In this document: piece by piece, positions 1 to 9,000 of the stretch
Numbering within the stretch: position 1 is the stretch's first letter
Layout: each line of letters begins with the position of its first letter
Source of the DNA: Patescibacteria group bacterium
Lineage (GTDB): Bacteria; Patescibacteriota; Gracilibacteria; Peribacterales; Peribacteraceae
DNA length: 52,048 bases
Assembly (NCBI GenBank): GCA_018818235.1
Contig: JAHISE010000123.1
Location: 1-52,048, forward strand
Direction: 5' to 3'
Notes under the pieces: model-generated
What the model was told of the DNA's origin: nothing
Seen by the model: only the letters and a program-made list of their open reading frames with translations
The model's database searches: none
Made by a program: the position numbers and the translations under genes

Positions 1-144
1 AAAATCTTCATATCATACGTGAGAAGAATCCATTTCAAATCAGCAGATGAGGGGTGGTAACATTCATTTGCCCCTACCTTTGGAGTATATTAGTGCCCTC
101 TAAACTGGTAACGTTTATTTGCCCCCCAACCACTACTCACTCGT

Positions 145-738
145 ATGTCCCTACTCCCCCCCCAAATCACCAAAACAATAGAAGAGTTCAGCAAACTTCC
201 AGGAATAGGGCCAAAGTCCGCCGAAAGGCTTACCTTCCATCTACTCAGAAGCTCAAAAGCGTCTCCTGAGGGGCTTGGAAAGGCGCTTGGTGAGCTTAAG
301 GTGGCTCTTGAGTACTGCAAGACCTGCCAAATGGTTTGTTTGCAGGAGGAGTGCAGTATCTGTAGCGATTCTTCGCGTGATCATTCTATGATTTTGGTGG
401 TTGAAAATCCTCTGGACGTGGTTGCGTTCGAAAACACTTCTTACAAGGGGGTGTATCACGTACTTCACGGAGTGCTCTCCCCTATCGATGGTATGGGGCC
501 GGAACAGCTTAAGCTGAAGGAGCTCATCGATCGATGTCAGTCAGGCGTAAGTGAAGTCATTGTTGCTACAAATCCGGACATAGAGGGTGAAGCGACAGCA
601 AGTTACATACATGATCAACTAAAGGACAAGGTAGAAGCGGTTACACGGCTTGCGCACGGGCTTCCGATGGGTGCGGATATAGAGTTTGCGGATCAGGTTA
701 CTCTTAGACAAGCAGTGGAGGGGCGGAGGAGAATTTGA
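145..738 (+). CDS. recR: Recombination protein RecR
   Basis: 197 aa. N-terminal helix-hairpin-helix (KLPGIGPKSAERL), C4 zinc finger (CKTC...CSIC) and Toprim-like core (ILVVENPLDV ... VIVATNPDIEGEATA). This is the canonical RecR layout. Confidence 0.93.
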   Translation: MSLLPPQITKTIEEFSKLPGIGPKSAERLTFHLLRSSKASPEGLGKALGELKVALEYCKTCQMVCLQEECSICSDSSRDHSMILVVENPLDVVAFENTSYKGVYHVLHGVLSPIDGMGPEQLKLKELIDRCQSGVSEVIVATNPDIEGEATASYIHDQLKDKVEAVTRLAHGLPMGADIEFADQVTLRQAVEGRRRI

Positions 739-814
739 ATTATAAATCGCAGCTGGGGTTCGGTTACCCCAGCCCCACAGAGATGTGATTCCAGAGATGT
801 TTTATGGAGATATA

Positions 815-864
815 CCAATTAATTGATTAATCAATATATCAATTAATTGATATATTGATATATC
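815..864. promoter_or_regulatory. Cluster of overlapping AT-rich perfect palindromes, a candidate operator upstream of the YerC/TrpR-like gene
   Basis: caattaattg at 816-825, ttgattaatcaa at 823-834, and an 18-nt perfect palindrome atatcaattaattgatat at 836-853. The cluster ends 11 nt before the ORF start at 875. Confidence 0.45.
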
Positions 865-874
865 TAGACATCAG

Positions 875-1198
875 GTGTACCCTCAAGTCATGGGTAAAAT
901 TGATTACAGACAGCTAAAAAAGAGCAGTTACGAGCTACTCGGAAGGGAATTTTGGACCACATGTAATTCTGCGAAGTCCACAGAACAACTGACGCGATTT
1001 ATAAACGGAGTACTGTCCCCTTCCGAAACCGTGATGGTTGCCAGGCGCATTCAGGCTGCAAAAAGGTTGCTAAACAAAGAGCCTCAAACAAAAGTAATGA
1101 AGGATCTGAATATTGGACAATCAACTGTGGACAAAGTAGAGCAATGGATATTACGTGCGGATAAGGGAACACTGGATATGCTTAAGAAAAAGAATTAG
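875..1198 (+). CDS. YerC/YecD (TrpR-like) family DNA-binding protein
   Basis: 107 aa. The pattern LTRFINGVLSPSETVMVARRIQAAKRLL...DLNIGQSTVDKV matches the Trp-repressor-like YerC/YecD fold (LTP-E...R..., then an HTH ending in ST-T/D-V). The track start is GTG 875; ATG at 890 is an alternative. Confidence 0.7.
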   Translation: MYPQVMGKIDYRQLKKSSYELLGREFWTTCNSAKSTEQLTRFINGVLSPSETVMVARRIQAAKRLLNKEPQTKVMKDLNIGQSTVDKVEQWILRADKGTLDMLKKKN

Positions 1199-1256
1199 GC
1201 AAGTCCCAATTTTTGCATTATTAAGCGAATATATTTGGTTGGTTTTAAGTTTAATC

Positions 1257-4200
1257 CTACTCAATCTTACACTTCGAGTCACACTCATCCCCATCAACAT
1301 TATTTCCGTCGTCGCAGCTTTCGCGGTTATATCTATCTACTATGCCGTCACCGCAGTAACCTGCATATATTTCGATATTTTTGCAGTCACTAGAACAATA
1401 AGTGCATTTATAATTATCCCTTATGGGATGAACCCCGCCATAATACGGCATATAAAAGGCTTTACACTTATTTCCATTTGCTATGCCTTTGTCACACTCC
1501 TCATCTACTTCCACCTTACTGTCACCACAAGTGGGTTCTGATACTTTATAGCATAAACAATCCCTGCATATTTTGCCCGGGATACATTGTTTCCAGCTTG
1601 CATCTCCACACTCTTCACCCGGATCAATTGTTTTGTTGCCGCAACACTGTTTTCCAAACCCCGCATCACAACTTGCTTCTATTCTGCAATTGGAATTGCA
1701 TCCATCATTGTTTTCCGTATTCCCGTCATCGCATTCCTCGCGTACGTCAACCATAATGCCATCTCCGCAGGCCACTTTGGGCATACATTCTCCTGTTTCA
1801 AAAACGCACCTGGCATATTTACCGTCACCCTCAACAATCGCACCAAATCTATTTGTGTCAGAACAGGCTTGCACGTCCGTACACTGCGGATTGTATATGG
1901 GATTCTTGCATATTCCACCAAGGCAACCGTCGGGGCAAAAAGCGAGTACTCTTTCGACTCCACCTTCGGTGCAATAGAATTCCTCGTGTAAGCAATTGCC
2001 TCCTGTACAATTATTTACAACTTTCCAGTTTCCTTGGTTTGCATTGCGAGAGATTAAGCCTGTAATACAGCGGTCAGGTAAGAAGGTTTGCAGATCATTA
2101 AGTACGAATGAAGTTTCTCCATACACATCAGTGCTTCGTCCGTTTTCGGTGTCTGAGCATATTTCCGGATCGATTTCCAGTTTGCAATCGGAATTACATC
2201 CATCTCCATTATCCTCATTACCATCGTCACACTCTTCGTTCCCTTCATGTTCTCCATCTCCACAAGCAGGCTCTTGGCATTCATTAGTGCAACTGTCAAA
2301 GTTATTATTATTCCCGTCATCACATTCTTCTCCTTCGTGCAGAATTCCGTCACCGCAAGCAGGTTCCGTACATAAGTTTGTGCATTCGTCAGTATTCACA
2401 TCATTACCATCATCGCACTCTTCATACTTGTTAGTTATTCCATCACCACATGAGTGTCTTCGTAGTATGCATTTGCCTTTTGCGCATCCATATTCACATG
2501 TTTTATTGGATGTGCTTAACTCTCCATTTTCACCGCACTCAACCTGCCGGAGGTTATTATCATCAATGCATTTATCGGTAACAAAAGATCGTATACCATC
2601 TTCGGAAATTTGCATCACTATGCCGGTTGTAAACATATAGTTCTCTGGTTTGGATGACGTTGCATTGGAAGTGCCTGCGTAGAGCACTTTCTCGGATGGA
2701 AGATCATTGCAGGAGACACTTAGTTCGGTTGAACCGGGGTAATCAGATATACAAATCAAAGCTTCATTGTTTTTGTCGCGGTCGACGGATCTAAATTGCA
2801 TTTTCTGTACATCGAAAATGTCATAACCGTCGTCAGTCATAAAAGTGATAACATCCGGATAAAGTTTCCTCGTGATACTTGCTATATATGCCTCAAAATC
2901 AGTGACGGACGGGGTTTTCCATTCAAGATCTTTGAATTGATTACCGTTCTTATTGCAGTCATTGTAACCTCCGACAGCCATTCCTTTGCCATAAAGGTTT
3001 ACAGTAATTGGTTTAGAAATAGTTGATTTTCCAACTTCTTCATCCAGAGGTGGCCATACAAGTACAGTATCGGCGCTCGCTCCCTTGCGACGCCCGACTA
3101 TCCAGATACTTTCATTTCTGCTAAGCAGACTGTATTTTTCCAGTTTTTCGAAATCAAGTCCTTCTACGAAAAGCGTTTCCCAGTTATCCAAATCAGATGA
3201 TCTGTATATGCGGCGTTGGTCGGAAGCAAACACGTAAAGCATATCATTATGCTCTACTGCGGCACTAACTCCGGGGCCTTGTGGCAAATCTTTATATGGG
3301 TCCCAAAAGTATTCTGTCTCCGTTACCTCTTCGGTTTTATATGTCGAAACTTTTACAAGCTTCTTTTTTCTTTCCTGTCTTTGTTTTTCAATTGCATTGT
3401 TTTTAAGTCTTAGATAATCGTTTTTGAATTTGAATGCAGGCAACCCACTACCGCCGTATGTTGCTTGCTTGGCAGGATCATCAATTTTCTGCCAATAGCA
3501 TCCGGAATCCAGTTTTTTATTTGAACAATTGAATGCTCTTCCGTAGTTTGCTTGGGTATTCGGTCTAAAGATACAATTTGTAATAACCGGTTCGCCGTCC
3601 AATGTGTGGAAGTCTGTAACATCTGCAATATCATGTTTGTTCCAGCTTTTGGAATACGGATTTTCGGCAATAGTTCTTGTACGTTTTCCGTATTCTAAAA
3701 AGAGCAATGAATTCTCTTTTTCCGAGAAAGTGTAAAAACCCGGCTGCCAGTATTTATTTCCAACTAAAGCAAATGTGTTGCTTTGCCACGGCATTTTGGA
3801 AATCACTTCCGTAAATTCAATATCGGTCTTGCGCTCACAGTTATATTTGCAATTATCTTCACCATCACATTCTTCGTCCGGACTTGTAACACCATCTCCA
3901 CATTCTGCAGGCTTCCACATACAATTGTTCATGCAAACATCGGTATTGTTCGTATTCCCGTCATCACATTCTTCGCTTTCCTCCAATTTTCCATTGCCAC
4001 AGACCAGATTTGTCATCTTCTCTTCCATATCCACAATCTCCAACACCCCCGTATTACAATCAAAAACCAAATCACGATCTGTTCTTACATAATAAACATT
4101 GTCTGCTGTTATGTTTTCAAGGGTGTTTTGCAGTGCCAACAGTGGTTGCCCCCTTAACATAGAAGAAGAGAAAGCAAAATCACCACCGAAAGGAGGTTCA

Positions 4201-4490
4201 TCTCCTGTGTACTCGTATACAAAAAAGTGAACGCCATCAGTTGCAGCTAATATTGGTCCTTCGACTAGCGGGTTTGTAGCAGCACATACAATTTGATTGT
4301 GATCATTAGTTTTAAAAATAACCGGATTTGCTGATTCTGCGGAAGTAAAACGTTTCTGTGCTCTTGCAACCGATGCAACAAAAAAATCATTATCAAATTT
4401 GGAGAATTGATTTTGTTGGATTTGGCCAATAGCAATTATTGCTATGGCAAGTGTTCCGATAAAGAAAAATGCTTTGGTTAACTTTAGCAT
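1257..4490 (-). CDS. Secreted cysteine-rich repeat surface protein, paralog 1 (shared N-module plus DUF4215-type repeats)
   Basis: 1077 aa. Signal anchor MLKLTKAFFFIGTLAIAIIAIG, followed by the conserved N-module (VIFKTNDHNQIVC...[24 protein letters not shown]...[16 protein letters not shown]). There are about 9 repeats of the CGDG..E.CDDGN...D.C...C type (Myxococcus cysteine-rich repeat / DUF4215 pattern). The central ~450 aa has no motif I recognise. Confidence 0.85.
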   Translation of the reverse strand: MLKLTKAFFFIGTLAIAIIAIGQIQQNQFSKFDNDFFVASVARAQKRFTSAESANPVIFKTNDHNQIVCAATNPLVEGPILAATDGVHFFVYEYTGDEPPFGGDFAFSSSMLRGQPLLALQNTLENITADNVYYVRTDRDLVFDCNTGVLEIVDMEEKMTNLVCGNGKLEESEECDDGNTNNTDVCMNNCMWKPAECGDGVTSPDEECDGEDNCKYNCERKTDIEFTEVISKMPWQSNTFALVGNKYWQPGFYTFSEKENSLLFLEYGKRTRTIAENPYSKSWNKHDIADVTDFHTLDGEPVITNCIFRPNTQANYGRAFNCSNKKLDSGCYWQKIDDPAKQATYGGSGLPAFKFKNDYLRLKNNAIEKQRQERKKKLVKVSTYKTEEVTETEYFWDPYKDLPQGPGVSAAVEHNDMLYVFASDQRRIYRSSDLDNWETLFVEGLDFEKLEKYSLLSRNESIWIVGRRKGASADTVLVWPPLDEEVGKSTISKPITVNLYGKGMAVGGYNDCNKNGNQFKDLEWKTPSVTDFEAYIASITRKLYPDVITFMTDDGYDIFDVQKMQFRSVDRDKNNEALICISDYPGSTELSVSCNDLPSEKVLYAGTSNATSSKPENYMFTTGIVMQISEDGIRSFVTDKCIDDNNLRQVECGENGELSTSNKTCEYGCAKGKCILRRHSCGDGITNKYEECDDGNDVNTDECTNLCTEPACGDGILHEGEECDDGNNNNFDSCTNECQEPACGDGEHEGNEECDDGNEDNGDGCNSDCKLEIDPEICSDTENGRSTDVYGETSFVLNDLQTFLPDRCITGLISRNANQGNWKVVNNCTGGNCLHEEFYCTEGGVERVLAFCPDGCLGGICKNPIYNPQCTDVQACSDTNRFGAIVEGDGKYARCVFETGECMPKVACGDGIMVDVREECDDGNTENNDGCNSNCRIEASCDAGFGKQCCGNKTIDPGEECGDASWKQCIPGKICRDCLCYKVSEPTCGDSKVEVDEECDKGIANGNKCKAFYMPYYGGVHPIRDNYKCTYCSSDCKNIEIYAGYCGDGIVDRYNRESCDDGNNVDGDECDSKCKIE

Positions 4491-4516
4491 TTGACGGTTT
4501 GGGTAGATTAAAAGGA

Positions 4517-4525
4517 ATTGTATCC
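4517..4525 (-). promoter_or_regulatory. Candidate -10 element (GGATACAAT) for paralog 1
   Basis: TACAAT hexamer 27-35 nt upstream of ATG 4490. It lies in a leader conserved with the leader of paralog 4 (aaattgtattta...gatacaat...ccaaac). Confidence 0.35.
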
Positions 4526-4596
4526 AATTGGCAACATAAATACAATTTCGTTAAAACGGGGATTAGGTGCAAATATTCTTTTCCAAAGGCCGATTA

Positions 4597-5994
4597 CTAT
4601 TCTCTCATTTTTGGCGTCACATTAATTGGTTCCTGGGTTTGAGTCCCTGCGCTTGGGATAAGCATCTCACAAACAGAAGGTTCTCCCTCACATTTCCATC
4701 CTATTTCTTTTTTACATTTATCATCACATCCATCGAAGACATCGGTATTCTTGTCATCACAAACCTCGCCAGTCGAAGGAGTAATTACACCGTCTCCGCA
4801 GGCGGGATCAAGCGGATCATCATCTGTTGGGGGAGATGAAGGACAGTCTGTGATACAGTTGCATTCGTTCTCCCATGCTTCACAAGTTCCATCTCCGCAA
4901 TTAGAACAAATACTAACATTTAACCCGGGAAGGCTGGATGGGGCTGTACACTCACCGTTAACTTTGCTTGCGATGATGATTGTATTTAATCCATCACAAC
5001 ATTGAGGCGCTCCGGAAAATGACATTTGTGTTTCTCCGGCTTCTAGACATTGTTCGGCATCACCTGTGCAATCTGCTGCACAATTGCATTTATCTTCGTC
5101 ATTACTTTTTTCACACTTGCCGTTACCACAAGTCTGTGCCCATTTGTCTTTACATACCCCTTTTACACCTTCGACATTAGGCGCAACACACAAGCCATCT
5201 TGTTCTGATGCCAAAGACTTAATGCCTGAGCTCTTGTTGCAGCACACAGTATGTCCGGATTGAGAATCCAAATAAACAAGTTCGCCATTTTGAGCGCATT
5301 CAGGTTCATCACATTGGATTGTTCCACAACTTGTATCACATCCATTTTCATCTTTTGGAGGAGGTACAAGCACGCATCCCTCGGCTAAATCCGGTTCAGC
5401 ACAGTGAAAAACCGGACATTCTGTGATTATTTCATCTTCATTTTTGCACTCGGAATCACATCCATCACCATCATCATTATTACCGTCATCGCACTCCTCT
5501 CCCGCATGATTCAAACTCAAGTGATCATAGATTTGTCCTCCTTCCACAACTCCATTTCCACATACATAAACAGTTTCCAGTTCTCCCGTATTACAATCAA
5601 AAATCAGATCACGGTCGGTTCTGATGTAATACATTTTTCCATTTGTGATGGTAGTTAAAGTATTTCTTGAAGCAAGCTTTGGTTGTCTTCTTAGCATTGA
5701 AGATGAAAAAATAAAGTCATTCAGAAATGGAGGCTCGTTTTCCGTTTTTTCGTATACAAAATAATTAGATATATCGGTGTTACTTAAAATTTCTCCTTCA
5801 CTAATGGGATTAGTAGAAGAGCATACGATTTGATTGTGATCATTAGTTCTAAATATAACTGCTTGAGCTGATTCTCCGAGCGTGAAGTTTTTCCGGTCAC
5901 CCTGAATTCTGGCAGTTAAAGAACCGTATGCAAAAATCGCAGTTAAAGAGAGGATTCCAACAAGGATAAGGGTTTTAAATGTGGGAAGTGGCAT
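4597..5994 (-). CDS. Secreted cysteine-rich surface protein, paralog 2
   Basis: 465 aa. Signal anchor MPLPTFKTLILVGILSLTAIFA, the shared N-module, and one DUF4215-type repeat ([18 protein letters not shown]). A Cys-rich module is shared with paralog 4. The C-terminal module is CGDG...CKKEIGWKCEGEPSVCEMLIP. Confidence 0.85.
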   Translation of the reverse strand: MPLPTFKTLILVGILSLTAIFAYGSLTARIQGDRKNFTLGESAQAVIFRTNDHNQIVCSSTNPISEGEILSNTDISNYFVYEKTENEPPFLNDFIFSSSMLRRQPKLASRNTLTTITNGKMYYIRTDRDLIFDCNTGELETVYVCGNGVVEGGQIYDHLSLNHAGEECDDGNNDDGDGCDSECKNEDEIITECPVFHCAEPDLAEGCVLVPPPKDENGCDTSCGTIQCDEPECAQNGELVYLDSQSGHTVCCNKSSGIKSLASEQDGLCVAPNVEGVKGVCKDKWAQTCGNGKCEKSNDEDKCNCAADCTGDAEQCLEAGETQMSFSGAPQCCDGLNTIIIASKVNGECTAPSSLPGLNVSICSNCGDGTCEAWENECNCITDCPSSPPTDDDPLDPACGDGVITPSTGEVCDDKNTDVFDGCDDKCKKEIGWKCEGEPSVCEMLIPSAGTQTQEPINVTPKMRE

Positions 5995-6021
5995 TGTTTG
6001 TTTGTGGATTTGTACGTATAT

Positions 6022-6030
6022 ATTGTATCA
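6022..6030 (-). promoter_or_regulatory. Candidate extended -10 (TGATACAAT) for paralog 2
   Basis: TGnTACAAT lies 28 nt upstream of ATG 5994. Confidence 0.4.
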
Positions 6031-6068
6031 CAAATGGGGATTTGAGACAATAAGTCTCATGCGCTTCA

Positions 6069-9000
6069 TTACTTAGTATTTGTGAAAAAGAATTCAAATA
6101 ATGATGCCCAGAAGGAGGAGAATCTGCCTTTGGATTGGGTGACTTCAGAAGCATCAGTTGATGGATAACATCCAAAATTTATGTTGTATACCGAGCCGTA
6201 TTGATTTACCCAGCCGTCATATCCATTGTGAGGTGCACTGACCAGAATGTTCAGATTACCATCTTTATCAAAGTCACCAATATGTGAGACCGACCAGCCA
6301 AAATCAATTCCCTTTCTAAATTCAACACCAATCCCACCGTCGTTTGTATCAGAAATTGTAGAACTCGATTTAACTGTTCCATCCACATTCAAAAGGAGTA
6401 TGTGTGCCTTTCCTACGATTCTATCTTCTTGATCATTAGAATAGTTACCAACCAACAGATCATTAATCCCATCCCCGTTTATATCACCAATATTACTGAC
6501 ATCAGCACCAAACATTGTTCTGTGAGTGGAGAAACCTAAATTCTTGGTCTTCGAATCAATCTTTTGTGATGATTTAACCGAACCGTCACTATTCAGAAAT
6601 TGAATCCACACACTATCCTGACTGCCCACAGCCAAGTCAGTTATACCGTCACCATCAATATCGCCTATTGCATCAATTGAACGACCATAGAAACCGCGAT
6701 CAGGCGTGAATTCGGTTTTGCTGTCAGAAGTTTGGCGGTACTTTTTAATGCTACCATCTTGGTTCATAAACAAAACTGAGACCGTAGGAATATCTTTTGA
6801 GTTTTTTATTGCATGACCTCCAATTGCAATATCTGTTATCCCATCACCATCCATATCTCCCATATTTGTAATACTACTTTCCTTTAATACCAATTCAGAG
6901 TCAGCAGAACTTTTATCTTGTAATCTCTGAGATGATTTAAGGGTTCCGTCAGTATTTAAGTATAATATGTGTGTATTGATGGGGTTAGTTACTCCGGAAG
7001 TATCCGATACTATTGCTATGTCCGGTGTTTGGTCTCCATCAAAATCACCGAGAGCTGCTACATCTACTACTTTTTCTTTCTGTTCGTATGCATACTGATC
7101 ACTCAAAATTGATTTGTATGATTTGATTGAACCGTCTTCGTTCATCAGCAAGATATAAATACCATATCCTTCCAATGATCCTTCTATTGCAACCGCAAGA
7201 TCGTTGATACCGTCTTTGTCCACATCGCCAATGTGTGCAATTGCTGATCCGAACCCTGTTATATACTGGCCGTCTTCAAAAACTTCTTTGTCTTTGACAG
7301 ATATTTCTTTGTAATCAATTACTCCATATATGTTTTTGGCACACATTGCAGGTGCCCCACAATCCCGGCTGCAGCTATCTTGTGTCTCTTTCTCGTTGCA
7401 AATCCCGTCACCGCACCAAGCAGTTGGCCCGTTGCTGCATGTCCCGGCTCCGTAACACTCTTTTCCTGCATCGCAGGTTCCCTTCTCTCCCCACTCCAGG
7501 CAATTATCATCGTCATAATCTCCGCATGTTCCATATTCTGATTTACTTAAACATTCTGTTGTATCTGATATGGTGCATTCATCTTCGCATTCAGCAAAAC
7601 AGCTAAGATTAACAAAGAAAATTGCACCCTTTCCCGTACCTCCGTGGTTATCTTTTGGTGCACCGATAAGGACATCGGGATTTCCATCGCCATCGAAATC
7701 TCCAAGTGAGCCGATAGATTCACCGGAGTACTTATTAAGCAATATATCTTCCTTAAGACCTCCATTCTTCTTGGAAAATGTTTTAGATGACATTACAGTC
7801 CCGTCACTATTCATAAATAGAATATAAAAACCGTTTTCATTCAGTGCTTCGACAACAAGGTCAGATACTCCGTTGGAATCCAGATCTCCAACACTTGCAA
7901 TACCACCATTCAGATACTGATTTCTAATTAGTCCGGCATCTTCACTTCGTGTTTTTACAGCATTTTTAACTGTTCCATTGTTATTCATGAATAAAATCCA
8001 TAATGCTCCGCCCATGTTATTTTGATTCTGATCCATAGATTCTCCAACGGCTATATCTATTACACCATCACCATCCATGTCTCCAATATTTGATACTGAT
8101 GATCCGAAGTCGTCCAAATCAGGACTGATATCTGATTCAGCCGGCTTCCAACCAGAATCAAGTAACTGTTGATTTGATATTTTAATATGGTCTTTTACAG
8201 CTCCGTCATTATCTAAAAATAGAATCCATGTTGCATTGGCTCCCGGCTCGCCGACAGCAACATCATTTATTCCATCACCGTCTAAATCTCCAAGTCCTGT
8301 AACACTTTGGCCAAACATTCCATCTTTAGTAAGATAACCTTCGAAGCCGCCCTCGCCGTCAGAAATTAAATTATATGACTTTACAGTTCTATCACTGTTT
8401 AAGAGTGCAATCCATATTGCGCCGGTAAAGGCATACTCAGATTTACTTTTACTGCCGGACCATGTCATAAATGTATAACGTTTATAATATTTTTCTCCAA
8501 TAGCTATATCTGTAACGCCATTTCCATCTATGTCTCCAATATTTGCTATTGAATTGCCAAATTGCTGATGAGCATTTTGGTTATCATCATAATAAAAGTC
8601 AGTTCCTTTAATTGTTTTATATGATTTAACTGTTTTGTTTGCATTCATGAAAAGTATAAATATAGAATTTTCTTTGTTGTTTGTATCTGCTCCTCCAATA
8701 GCAAGATCAGTCACGCCATCTCCGTTCATATCGCCAAGGGGGGTCATGCTGTGTCCAAAACCGCCTCCCACAATAAGTACATCTTCAAGGTTTCCTTCAA
8801 AATCGTTAATTGTTTTAACGTTTTTAACAACAATGTTTTGGTCTGCGCATGCTAATGCAGGACCGCAATCTTTCGAACAACTTTTCTGAGTTTCATCTCC
8901 GTTACAAAGGCCGTCGCCACATTTTGTAGCGGATTTGCTTGTGATGGTTTTCTTTACAGGTGATTTGGTTTCACCCTGACAGCCAAGATCCAAAATATAA

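Noticed and set aside
1-60. A possible 3' end of an upstream plus-strand gene (frame 1 is open, ...KIFISYVRRIHFKSADEGW*).
   Set aside because: Only 19 codons are visible, which is too short to support or identify a gene.
1155-1541. A 128-aa plus-strand ORF with a hydrophobic, membrane-protein-like translation follows the YerC-like gene.
   Set aside because: Most of it overlaps the 3' end of the 1077-aa minus-strand gene, whose Cys-rich repeats are clearly coding there. Its hydrophobicity is a by-product of the antisense frame.
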